A stretch of DNA of 50,031 nt from an uncultured Gammaproteobacteria bacterium (lineage in GTDB: Bacteria; Patescibacteriota; Patescibacteriia; UBA2196): the NCBI GenBank assembly GCA_964522515.1, contig CAZFWC010000002.1, forward strand, positions 3,865 to 53,895. The letters are read 5' to 3'. Shown here piece by piece: positions 1 through 8,809 of the stretch. A model generated the notes under the pieces. That model worked only from the letters and a program-made list of their open reading frames with translations, had not been told where the DNA came from and did not search any database. Numbering within the stretch: position 1 is the stretch's first letter; each line of letters begins with the position of its first letter. The translations under genes were made by a program, and so were the position numbers.

Positions 1-2
1 CG

Positions 3-278
3 CATTCTGAACTTGCAAATTATTACGCTTTAGCTGACGCATTTATTTTAACTCCAAAATCTCTCCCCATTTTCAAGGGGGAGATTAAGAGGGGGTTAAT
101 AAACGACACAGAATCTTTTGGCATTGTTTATCTTGAAGCCAAAGAATTTAATCTGCCAATTATTGCCGGTAAAGTTGGTGGCGCTTCAGAAATCACAAAA
201 AATTACGATAAGATGGTTTTGGTGGACACAGAGAATTTACAAGAAATTGAAAATGCAATAAAAAAAGCCCTCCATTAA
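3..278 (+). CDS. Glycosyltransferase family 4, C-terminal part (5' end outside window)
   Basis: Frame 3 reads HSELANYYALADAFILTP...TESFGIVYLEAKEFNLPIIAGKVGGASE...KALH*, with the GT4 E-x7-E motif. Not in the ORF track. Confidence 0.85.
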   Translation, partial: HSELANYYALADAFILTPKSLPIFKGEIKRGLINDTESFGIVYLEAKEFNLPIIAGKVGGASEITKNYDKMVLVDTENLQEIENAIKKALH

Positions 279-292
279 AAAATGGACGGCTT
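262..292. terminator. Probable bidirectional terminator between convergent genes
   Basis: aagccctccatt...aatggacggctt hairpin with an adjacent A tract. Confidence 0.5.
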
Positions 293-309
293 GAATTCTC
301 TGATTAAAC

Positions 310-663
310 TTACAATTTTTTATTTTGCTTAATTAATTTATTAGAAAAACCTATTCGCACAAAAAAATAAAAACAAACAAACCCTAAAATCGCGGGAACA
401 ACAACAAGTAAAATTTTATTATTAAACAATATTACTGCGACAAAAATACTAACAAAACCAAAAGCCAAAGTTCCAAATATAATTTGAAACGGATTTGGAA
501 GTTTAAGCTCAACTTTTAACTCAGGATTTTGTTGTGCCTGTTTGTCTAATTCTTCATTTTTGCGTTTGTAATACAACGCAAAAAATAACATTGTAAAAAA
601 TCCAATCAGTGTAAATGAACTCGCAGCGTAAACAAGGGCTTCGTTTAAAGTGCTGGTAATCAT
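310..663 (-). CDS. Small membrane protein, unknown function
   Basis: Three hydrophobic segments; GGAGG SD just upstream of the ATG. Confidence 0.75.
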   Translation of the reverse strand: MITSTLNEALVYAASSFTLIGFFTMLFFALYYKRKNEELDKQAQQNPELKVELKLPNPFQIIFGTLAFGFVSIFVAVILFNNKILLVVVPAILGFVCFYFFVRIGFSNKLIKQNKKL

Positions 664-697
664 AATTTATCCTCCATTTTAAATTAAAAATAATTTT

Positions 698-1495
698 ATG
701 TATTTATCTATTATAATCCCATCTTACAACAATTGGAAAAATTTGTCAAGCTTGTTAAAAAATTTAAAAAAACAGACGGTTTTTAATGATTTAGAAATAA
801 TAATTGTTGACGATGGCTCAAAAGAATCCTCCTTCGCTAAAGCTACGGCGGACAGGGAAATTGAGAAATTGAGAAATTCACCCTGTAAAATGCAAAGCAA
901 TTCCGAGCAACTTGGAATTATTTCACAGGGTAAAGAAATTAAGGGAATTGATTTTAAATATTTTAAAATTAAACACGCAGGAGTGCCTGTGGCAAGGAAT
1001 TTTGGATTTTCAAAATCTTCTGGTGAATATATTTTTTTCTGTGACGCTGATGTTGTGTTTTTAAAAAATAATGCTTTAGAAAAAATGATAAATAAATTAG
1101 AACAAAATCCAGAAAAATCTTACTGTTACTGTGGTTATTTATATGGTTGGAAATCAATGCCAAGTTTTTCTTTTAGCGTGGAAAAATTAAAAAATAATAA
1201 TTATATTTCCACAATGAGTTTGATTCGGCGTAAAGCTTTAGAAAAAATAATTAATAATAAAAATAAACCTTTTGATGAAAATTTAAAACGATTTCAAGAT
1301 TGGGATTTGTGGCTTACACTGCTGGAACAAAATTTAACAGGAATTTGGTTGCCAAAAATTTTATTTAAAGTTAAAATTGGTAAAATAAGTTTTTGGTTTC
1401 CAAAAATATTTTATAAAATATTTAAAAATAATAAAAAAATAAAAGAATTTGAAAAAGCTAAAAAAATTATTCAAGAAAAACACAAGTTAAGTTAG
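698..1495 (+). CDS. Glycosyltransferase family 2, carrying in-frame repeat insertions
   Basis: SIIIPSYN, IIIVDDGS, FFCDAD and QDWDLWL motifs. Confidence 0.92.
   Translation: MYLSIIIPSYNNWKNLSSLLKNLKKQTVFNDLEIIIVDDGSKESSFAKATADREIEKLRNSPCKMQSNSEQLGIISQGKEIKGIDFKYFKIKHAGVPVARNFGFSKSSGEYIFFCDADVVFLKNNALEKMINKLEQNPEKSYCYCGYLYGWKSMPSFSFSVEKLKNNNYISTMSLIRRKALEKIINNKNKPFDENLKRFQDWDLWLTLLEQNLTGIWLPKILFKVKIGKISFWFPKIFYKIFKNNKKIKEFEKAKKIIQEKHKLS
827..856 (+). repeat. Family A mini-element (30 bp), in frame in GT2
   Basis: TCCTCCTTCGCTAAAGCTACGGCGGACAGG encodes SSFAKATADR directly after DDGSKE. Confidence 0.9.
879..933 (+). repeat. Family D element (55 bp, CCCTGTRAAAT...ATTTCACAGGG inverted ends)
   Basis: Second copy at 19650-19704 in the opposite orientation; empty host site at 30004-30033. 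Confidence 0.85.
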
Positions 1496-1577
1496 CACAC
1501 GAATTACCAAAATGACTAGAATAAACCAGAATTTTAATTCGCGTAAATTTTAGGTAATTCTGGTAATTCGTGTGCTA
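1493..1577. mobile_element. 85-bp MITE-like element, family E copy 1
   Basis: Perfect 17-bp terminal inverted repeat TAGCACACGAATTACCA; near-identical inverted copy at 27819-27903. Confidence 0.8.
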
Positions 1578-1585
1578 TTTTATCT

Positions 1586-1660
1586 GGCCCGTTCGTCTAA
1601 TGATTAGGATGCGTGATTCTCATTCACGCGACAGGGGTTTGATTCCCCTACGGGCTACCA
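1586..1660 (+). tRNA. tRNA-Glu (CTC)
   Basis: Acceptor GGCCCGT/ACGGGCT, anticodon loop TTCTCAT, encoded CCA. Confidence 0.93.
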
Positions 1661-1720
1661 AAAAAATCTGAAAAATATTCAGAATTTTTTATTTATTAAA
1701 AACTTTGGTATAATTAATTT

Positions 1721-2342
1721 ATGTATTCAAGAACAATCTTAAGAGCCATCAAAAATTATCAAATTAATATTGTTATTAAAATTTTAGTTTTATCAGATTT
1801 TTTGATTTGGTCATCAGCTCAATTATTATCACCAATTTTTGCTATTTTTATTACTGATAAAATAAATGGTTCAATTGAAGCAGTCGGGATTGCGTCAGGC
1901 ATATATTTAATTTCTAAATCAATATTTGAAGTTCCAATTGGAGTTTTTATTGATAAAACTAAATCTGAAAAAGATGATCTATATTCTGCAATTTCAGGCA
2001 CACTTTTAACTGCTTTGTGTTTTTTTGCTCTAACATTTATAAACAGCGTATGGCAACTTTATATTTTGCAAGCTATTTTTGGTTTTGCTGCTGCAATAGC
2101 TTTTCCAGGATGGTATTCAATTTTTACTCGCCATGTTGACAAAGGAAAAGAAGCATTTGAATGGAGCTTATATGATTGTTTGTTTGGGTATTGGAATGGC
2201 TGGCGCAGCTGCTCTGGGCGGTTTTATAGCAGATAAGTTTGGTTTTAATATCTTATTTAATATAATTGGCATTTTTACTGTATCTGGGGCTATACTTCTT
2301 TTAATTATTAAAAATAAAATATACATTTCTAGGAAAAAATGA
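1721..2342 (+). pseudogene. MFS-type half transporter with a +1 frameshift near 2178
   Basis: ORFs 1721-2236 and 2133-2342 join as ...EWSLYD/VCLGIGMAGAAALGG if one T is removed from GATTGTT. Could be a sequencing error. Confidence 0.8.
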
Positions 2343-3484
2343 GATTTTTTAAAAAAGAATTAGCATTATTACAAGCAACATCAACATTGATTGGCACAAT
2401 AATTGGCGCTGGAATTTTAGGTGTGCCTTTTGTTTTTGCAAAAGCAGGATTTTGGACAGGTGTTGTTGTTTTAGCAGTAATCACTTTTGCAATGTTGGCA
2501 ATGAAATTAATGTTTGGTGAAATAACTTTACGAACTTTTGGCAGACATCAAATTTCAGGTTATGTTGAAAAATATTTAGGAAAATTTTGGAAAAATATTA
2601 CTTCAATTATTTTAATTATTGCTGTTTCTGGGTCATTGTTAGCTTATTTTATTGGAGTTGGTGAAGTTTTAACAGAAATTTTTAAAGGCAACCCTCTGGC
2701 TTGGGGGCTTGGTTTTTATTTTTTAGCAACTATTTTTTTATATTTTGGTTTAAAATTAATTAAAAATATTGAATTAATTTTTACTGGAATTATATTTTTA
2801 ATTGTTTTAATTATTTTATTTTTGTCTCAACAACATTTTGAATTAGGCAATTTAGCCAGTTTTGATTTTTCAAAATTATTAATTCCGTACGGAGTTGTTT
2901 TGTTTGCGTGTTCTGGAATAATGGCTGTGCCAGAAGTTAGAAAAATTTTATCTCGTCGCGAATATTTATTTAAAAAATCAATTTTTTTAGGTGTTTTAAT
3001 TCCTTCAATTATTTATTTAGTTTTTGCGTGGATTGTTGTTGGAGTAACTGGTCCAAACACAACTGAAATTGCTACGGTTGGTTTGGGAAGAATTATGGGT
3101 TATAAAATTATTGTGATTGGAAATATTTTTGCGTTTTTTACAATGGCTACAAGTTTTTTAACATTAGGTCTGGGATTAAAAGAAACTTTTAATTTTGATT
3201 TTAAAATAAAACACATTTGGGCTTGGTTTTTAACAATAATTATTCCTTTAATTATTTATGTTTCTGGTTTAAAAAACTTTATTCAAATTTTAGGTTTAGT
3301 CGGCGCATTAGGTTTTGGAATTAATGGTGTGATTTATATTTTTACTTATTGGTCTGCGCGCAAAAAATCTGACCGTCATCCAGAATATACCTTACCTAAA
3401 AAAATTATGCTTCCAGTTTCTATTTTTTTAATTTTGATTTTTGTAGGTGGATTGATTTATACTATTTTCTCCAGCCTGTCCTGA
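2339..3484 (+). CDS. Aromatic amino acid permease family (TyrP/Mtr-like) transporter
   Basis: GTIIGAGILGVP motif, TSFLTLGLGL, about 11 TM segments. Confidence 0.85.
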   Translation: MRFFKKELALLQATSTLIGTIIGAGILGVPFVFAKAGFWTGVVVLAVITFAMLAMKLMFGEITLRTFGRHQISGYVEKYLGKFWKNITSIILIIAVSGSLLAYFIGVGEVLTEIFKGNPLAWGLGFYFLATIFLYFGLKLIKNIELIFTGIIFLIVLIILFLSQQHFELGNLASFDFSKLLIPYGVVLFACSGIMAVPEVRKILSRREYLFKKSIFLGVLIPSIIYLVFAWIVVGVTGPNTTEIATVGLGRIMGYKIIVIGNIFAFFTMATSFLTLGLGLKETFNFDFKIKHIWAWFLTIIIPLIIYVSGLKNFIQILGLVGALGFGINGVIYIFTYWSARKKSDRHPEYTLPKKIMLPVSIFLILIFVGGLIYTIFSSLS

Positions 3485-3521
3485 GGAGCAGGTCTTTTTA
3501 GAGCCGGGCGACGAAGGATCT
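3473..3521 (-). repeat. Family B mini-element supplying the permease stop codon
   Basis: AGCCTGTCCTGAGGAGC...GACGAAGGATCT; the TGA at 3482-3484 lies inside it. Confidence 0.85.
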
Positions 3522-3557
3522 GGTTTTTAAAATTTTCAATTTCTAATTTTCAATTTT

Positions 3558-3604
3558 CCCTCCTTCGCTTCAATCCTAAAAAAACTTTAGCTACGGCGGG
3601 CAGG
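3558..3604 (+). repeat. Family A element (47 bp) inside a 7-mer AATTTTC tract
   Basis: CCCTCCTTCG...CTACGGCGGGCAGG. Confidence 0.85.
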
Positions 3605-3707
3605 CAAACAATTTTTAAATTAATTAATTTTTAACAAATTTTTGAAAATAAAAAAGGTCAAAAACATCTTATTTCTTTGTCTTTGACCTTAAAATATGTT
3701 TTGATTT

Positions 3708-4127
3708 TTATGCAGATAAACCCATAAAACTCAAAGCCTCTTTTATTGTTTCTTTTGTGATGACTAAATCTTTACAACTAAAGACATCTCGCCTTTTCCT
3801 TAATTGATTTGCTAACTTTTTCCATAGCTTTGTGTCTGTATTCATATCGTAAGCATCCCAAATTTGAGCACAAGCTATGAAACTTCCGACTTTAAACTTT
3901 CTAACAAAGTTAACAATGTAATCTAATCCTTTTGCATGATGAAGTTCCGCAGAACTTACCATCATTGACTGACCTCCATAATACATATTGCACAAGTAAA
4001 GAATGACTCCCAAAGGATATTCTTCTAAATTTTCTTTTATTTTGTATTCTGAACATCCTTCATTTTTTCCACCAAATACATCAAGTTTTTTGATTCCTTC
4101 TACAAAAATATTATTTTTGCTATTCAT
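3708..4127 (-). CDS. Hypothetical protein
   Basis: 139-aa ORF followed by a terminator-like hairpin at about 3652-3690. Confidence 0.65.
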   Translation of the reverse strand: MNSKNNIFVEGIKKLDVFGGKNEGCSEYKIKENLEEYPLGVILYLCNMYYGGQSMMVSSAELHHAKGLDYIVNFVRKFKVGSFIACAQIWDAYDMNTDTKLWKKLANQLRKRRDVFSCKDLVITKETIKEALSFMGLSA

Positions 4128-4286
4128 ATATACATCAGTTAGGCGACATATTACTCGCCAAAAATTTATTTTTTATAAAATTTTTTCTTTTTATTTTTTA
4201 TTATAAGAGCCCTTTTTGATTTTTTTGAGTATAAAAAAAGCCGATGATACAGTGGGGGTATCAAAGGCTCTATAAACTATGGAAAG

Positions 4287-5243
4287 TTAAACTAAGTGAA
4301 TCCTACAAAGAATCCACTTTATCGCAATTTTACCAATCTTCACGCCCTTCTCATTTCGACTCACGAATATATGGCCACCCAATGTATTCAAAACATGATA
4401 AACGGAAAGGGAAATTACTACAAAAATTATTCCCCACTTCCACCAAGACCATTGTTTCTGTGAAATCCCAACATAAACCACCATCAACATATGAATTGAA
4501 AGCATCAGAGATACTCCAATCCACCAAATTTGTTTTAAGGGTAATTTTTCTAAAACAGATTGATAAAATCTTTGCAACCAAATAGGTAAGGCCCCAAAGA
4601 TGATTTTTAAAAATTTTTCTCTGTCTAAGTCAAGCCGTTTAATAACCGGCTTCAAACCCATATTGATCAAAACATGAAATACTAGCACTCCCGACAATAT
4701 AGCAAAAAAAATCAGTTTATAAACCGGCCATACTGACAAATTAAGCTGCATTCCAGCATGAATCACAACTATTAAACCAATATAACCAGGCCAGTAGCTT
4801 GCTTGTGCTAGAACTCGGCTATAATTACTGCCAGACTCAATAAACACAAACTCTTCCCGCAACGCAAAATTTAACCCGCTTGTAATAAGCAGGGTTAACA
4901 TAAAAGCAGAAATCGCTCCTATTCCACACAACCCAACCAATACCCCCATCAATAAGGTACTCACCCCAATCACCGCAATTGAGGAAAGGAGAAACAACAC
5001 TCCTTCCACCAATTTTTTCCTCCTGCTCTGGTGGAAAACCAATTTCCTATTGAGGCAGTATGAAAGAATATTTGCAATAACAAAAGCAATAGCATTACTA
5101 ATCATTGCATTTATTCCTCGAGCGGTTACCTCGGAAGAACAAGAAAAAATTTTCCAGGTTAGCAGAAAAAAGATAACTAACCTAACAACGGTCACCAATC
5201 CGCTAATTAAAATATAGCGGACTACAGTATTTTTTACCTTCAA
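4287..5243 (-). CDS. GtrA-family (flippase-like) N-terminal domain fused to an additional membrane domain
   Basis: RYILISG...SNAIAF...SYCLNRKLVF...NFALREEFVF GtrA pattern; AGGAGG SD before a TTG start; higher GC than the flanks. Confidence 0.75.
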   Translation of the reverse strand: MKVKNTVVRYILISGLVTVVRLVIFFLLTWKIFSCSSEVTARGINAMISNAIAFVIANILSYCLNRKLVFHQSRRKKLVEGVLFLLSSIAVIGVSTLLMGVLVGLCGIGAISAFMLTLLITSGLNFALREEFVFIESGSNYSRVLAQASYWPGYIGLIVVIHAGMQLNLSVWPVYKLIFFAILSGVLVFHVLINMGLKPVIKRLDLDREKFLKIIFGALPIWLQRFYQSVLEKLPLKQIWWIGVSLMLSIHMLMVVYVGISQKQWSWWKWGIIFVVISLSVYHVLNTLGGHIFVSRNEKGVKIGKIAIKWILCRIHLV

Positions 5244-5445
5244 AATTTATCCTCCTGCTATTTTTTTTAATTTTATTTGATCATTTATTTAAGTTATTTA
5301 TTTATATATAAAAACATATTATTTTAAGCTTGTCAATAGCAAGTACTAACATTAGCCAAAAAACCACGAATAAATCAAAAAGGGCTCTTATTTTAAGGAA
5401 AGAAAAAATTTTATAAAAAATAAATTCTTGCCTGCGTCATACGTC

Positions 5446-5633
5446 GCCTAACACTGTGTATGAGGTAAAAAACTTTTCATTTTATAGAATAATATTGAAC
5501 AAAAAGTTTTTTTAACCCAAATCCCACTATTTGCTAATACAACATTTAATCTGATAAACTAACTGTGTTGGAAGTTCCAGCATTTATACCGTTTTAAACG
5601 ACGCGGGACTTCGCATACTCGGATACGTTAGCA
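5446..5633 (+). repeat. attC-like imperfect inverted element
   Basis: Starts GCCTAAC and ends GTTAGCA (RYYYAAC/GTT core pattern), with inner GTGTAT/CATAC arms. Confidence 0.4.
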
Positions 5634-5784
5634 AAATATTATTTTTGTTTTTTTTAGAAAGCTTTTTTAAACCTTCATCAAACCCATTACAAATAGTTAC
5701 AGGCAAATCATAATTTTTAAATTGTTGCTCTGCCTGTTTAATGTATCTTGGATTATCATCTACAATTAATATTTCTAATTTCAT
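5584..5784 (-). pseudogene. Truncated response-regulator receiver domain
   Basis: ILIVDDN...FDEGLKKL, then runs into the attC-like element; the phosphoacceptor Asp region is absent. AAGGAGG SD present. Confidence 0.7.
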
Positions 5785-5840
5785 AACTATTCCTCCTTAA
5801 TTAAATTGTTAATTATTCTAACACTTTATTAGATTATTTT

Positions 5841-5869
5841 ATTTTAGCAAACTATTCTTATTTTGTCAA
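5841..5869 (-). promoter_or_regulatory. sigma70 promoter of the receiver-domain gene
   Basis: TTGACA-17 bp-TAAAAT with extended -10 TG. Confidence 0.6.
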
Positions 5870-5953
5870 CGAAATTAACAGAATACTCTAATCTTAGCCA
5901 AATATATTATTTTAACTCTTTTCTTTTTGCTAAAAATTAGATAAAATTAAAAT

Positions 5954-6340
5954 ATGATTAAAGATTTTTTAAATTGGCATAAACTTAAAGAAAAAATTCA
6001 TTATTCGAGAAAAAGGATTGTGTATTTTAAAGAACGACAAATTTAGTGGGCAAATTTAGGTCTTAATGTTGGTTTTGAACAAGATGGTAAAAATAAAAAT
6101 TTCGAAAGACCTGTTTTAATTTTAAAAAAATTTAATCCAGATGTCTTGTGGATTTTACCACTAACAAGCAGACAAAAGTTTGGAAAATATTATTATCAAT
6201 TTAAATACAAAGGAAAACAATATTCAATAATATTATCACAATTAAAATTAATCAGCAGTAAACGGCTTTTAAGAATGATTAGAAAAATATCTCCAGAAGA
6301 TTTTAAAAATATCAAAAATTGCGTAAAAAATATTTTATAA
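5954..6340 (+). pseudogene. PemK/MazF-family toxin with an in-frame TAG at 6044-6046
   Basis: MIKDFLNWHKLK...FKERQI*WANLGLNVGFEQDGK...RPVLILKK...LPLTS; the TAG falls where Trp (TGG) is expected. Confidence 0.85.
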
Positions 6341-6449
6341 AAAAACGATCTCCGCAAACCTTTCGGCTACGGAGTCTCGGAACTTTTTATTTCTAAAAAG
6401 TCATTTGTAATTTAATTATACATTATCTAAAATTTTTGTCAACAGTAAC

Positions 6450-6458
6450 TTATCCACA
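6450..6458 (+). promoter_or_regulatory. Single perfect DnaA box upstream of murG
   Basis: TTATCCACA. Confidence 0.4.
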
Positions 6459-6468
6459 ACTAAAATTT

Positions 6469-7593
6469 ATGAAAATACTTTATTCTGGTGGCAGCACATT
6501 GGGTTCCGTTAGTCCACTAATTGCTATTCATCAACAATTAAATAAAAAAAATAATGTAATTTCTAATTACAAAAGTTTGTGGTTGGGAACTTACAAAGGA
6601 CCAGAGAGAAAAATAATTGAAAAAGAAAATATAAAATTTAAACCAATTATTTCAGGAAAACTGCGTCGTTATTTTGATTTACGAAATATTTTAGATTTAT
6701 TTAAAATCAAATTTGGATTTTGGCAAGCTTTTTTTACTATTTTAAAATTTAAACCAAATATTATTTTATCAGCAGGCGGTTTTGTTTCTGTTCCAGTGGT
6801 TTGGGCTGGATGGATTTTACGTGTGCCTATTTTAATTCACCAGCAAGATGTTCGGCAAGGTTTAGCAAATAAATTAATGTCTTTATTTGCTAAAAAAATT
6901 ACTGTGGCTTTAGATACTTCACTTAAAAATTTTTCAAAAAAGAAAACCGCTTTGGTTGGAAATCCGGTCAGAAATGAATTAATAATTATGAATTATCCGC
7001 CTTCGCCCTTAAAAATCACTACTGGACTACGGCGGACAGGTGAATCAGGAGATAAAAATTTAAATAAATTTAAATTTAAAAATAATTTACCAACAATTTT
7101 AGTAACTGGTGGCGGAACTGGCGCTTCAGAAATTAATAATTTAATCTGGAATAATTTAAATGAGTTAATTAAATTTTGTAATATCATTCATTTAACAGGC
7201 AAAAATAAAAATAATAAATTTATTGAGAGTGAACAATATAAAAGCTTTGAGTTTTTAGGCAATGAAATAGCTGATGTTTTAAATATATCTGATATAGTTA
7301 TTTCAAGAGCTGGTTTATCTTCTTTAACAGAATTAGCTTATTTAAAAAAACCAATAATTATTATTCCAATTCCAAATTCACATCAAGAAGATAACGCAGA
7401 ATATTTTAAAAATAAAAATGCGTGTATTTATTTAAAACAAAAAGAACTCACTTCAATTAAGCTAGTGCAGGAAGTAAAAAATTTATTAAATAATAAAAAT
7501 AAACAAAAAGAATTAAGCAAAAATATAAATAAAATTTTTGTAGATTATTCTGGCGAGAAAATTGTTTCAGAAATAATTAAATTAACTAATTAA
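6469..7593 (+). CDS. murG: UDP-N-acetylglucosamine:lipid I transferase MurG
   Basis: GKLRRYFD, GGFVSVP, GNPVR, ISRAG and HQEDNA motifs; ATG at 6469 preferred as start. Confidence 0.93.
   Translation: MKILYSGGSTLGSVSPLIAIHQQLNKKNNVISNYKSLWLGTYKGPERKIIEKENIKFKPIISGKLRRYFDLRNILDLFKIKFGFWQAFFTILKFKPNIILSAGGFVSVPVVWAGWILRVPILIHQQDVRQGLANKLMSLFAKKITVALDTSLKNFSKKKTALVGNPVRNELIIMNYPPSPLKITTGLRRTGESGDKNLNKFKFKNNLPTILVTGGGTGASEINNLIWNNLNELIKFCNIIHLTGKNKNNKFIESEQYKSFEFLGNEIADVLNISDIVISRAGLSSLTELAYLKKPIIIIPIPNSHQEDNAEYFKNKNACIYLKQKELTSIKLVQEVKNLLNNKNKQKELSKNINKIFVDYSGEKIVSEIIKLTN
6996..7040 (+). repeat. Family A element (45 bp), in frame in murG
   Basis: Encodes PPSPLKITTGLRRTG; followed by TGAA. Confidence 0.92.
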
Positions 7594-7627
7594 TTTTTGT
7601 CAAATTTTATATTTTAAAAACAAAAAA

Positions 7628-8197
7628 TTATTTCCTAATTTTAATTTCATAATTTATTTGCTCAACTTTGCGCAAGTTATTTTTCGCTTGATCATATTTT
7701 GTGCGCAAATACCCAGTAATATCAAACTCAACTAATTCCACTAAAATTTCTTCAATTAATTTTTTAATTTTATCAACTTCTTTTAATTTATTTTTAGACG
7801 CTAGATTTGTAGCTCGTCGCACTAATTCGCCAGTTAAATCACAAATTCCGCCAAGATAACTATCTAAATTTAAACTAATATTTTTAATTTTGTCAATTTT
7901 TTTATTATTTAAAACCAAATAAAACATTTTAGCTTCAACGAATTCTTCAGCCCCAGCTTTATAAGAACCTTCTTTATTTAAACGATTAAAACCAAAATCT
8001 TTTTGCATTTTAATCAAACTTTTTTCAATTTCAATTAAACTTTTTTTAGCTTTAATAAAATCGTCACGATGTAAAGAAAAAATCACGCGTTTTGAATCGT
8101 GCAAAATTAAATTTGACGAGCTAATAATTTTCCTGCGTTCAATTTCACTTTTGTCATAATCTTTTTTAAGTTGTTGAATAAATTTTTTGTTAATCAT
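7628..8197 (-). CDS. Translin/TRAX family protein
   Basis: SKRVIFSLHR, EEFVEA and YLGGICDLTGELVRRA motifs. Confidence 0.85.
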   Translation of the reverse strand: MINKKFIQQLKKDYDKSEIERRKIISSSNLILHDSKRVIFSLHRDDFIKAKKSLIEIEKSLIKMQKDFGFNRLNKEGSYKAGAEEFVEAKMFYLVLNNKKIDKIKNISLNLDSYLGGICDLTGELVRRATNLASKNKLKEVDKIKKLIEEILVELVEFDITGYLRTKYDQAKNNLRKVEQINYEIKIRK

Positions 8198-8378
8198 AAA
8201 ATTTTACTCCCCTCATTTTCAATGAAATAAGGAGCTGGTGTTGTTAATATTTTTTTAAATTTATTTTTTTCAAAACCCATCCAAACTTCCAACTTGAATT
8301 TTATATAAATTGGCGTTTGTGATTTCTATATTTTTTTTGAAGTTTGGTATTAGGATAGATGTTGAGCTAGGCATAATT

Positions 8379-8651
8379 TTATTTTCCAGATTTTCTTCTA
8401 TTACATTCTTTACACAACATCTGGCAATTTTCTGCGATTGTTTTACCGCCCTTACTCCAAGGTTTTATGTGATCAGCTTCCATTTCTTCAATTTCAAAAT
8501 GTTCTTTACAATTTGGACAAATGCCTTTTTGTTTTTCGTATGCTTCGCGTTTCATTTTGTCTGAAAAAACACGAATGTTTAAATATTTTTCATTTCTTGT
8601 TAAAACATATCCGTAGATACCAGATTTTTTAGTCACATCTTCATCTTGCAT
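8379..8651 (-). pseudogene. C-terminal HNH endonuclease fragment (probable DUF262-HNH remnant)
   Basis: CPNC...ADHIKPWSKGG...NCQMLCKECN; no N-terminal domain or clear start context. Confidence 0.7.
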
Positions 8652-8809
8652 TAATTTTGTTATTTCTTTTTCTAATTTTTTTTAATCAAAATTTAAAATA
8701 TTTGAAATACCCGCTCTGGATCCTCTTGTATTTTTTGTTAATCATATTTTTATATTTTATTTTATTTATTTACAAAAAGAGGAGACAAGATACATCTCAT
8801 AAACAATTA

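Noticed and set aside
6044..6046. Stop-codon reassignment
   Set aside because: TAG and TGA end normal genes (pheS, rpoD, gyrB, rplK); one internal TAG is better read as a nonsense mutation.
6450..6458. Replication origin at the DnaA box
   Set aside because: Only one box seen, with no cluster and no dnaA or dnaN nearby.
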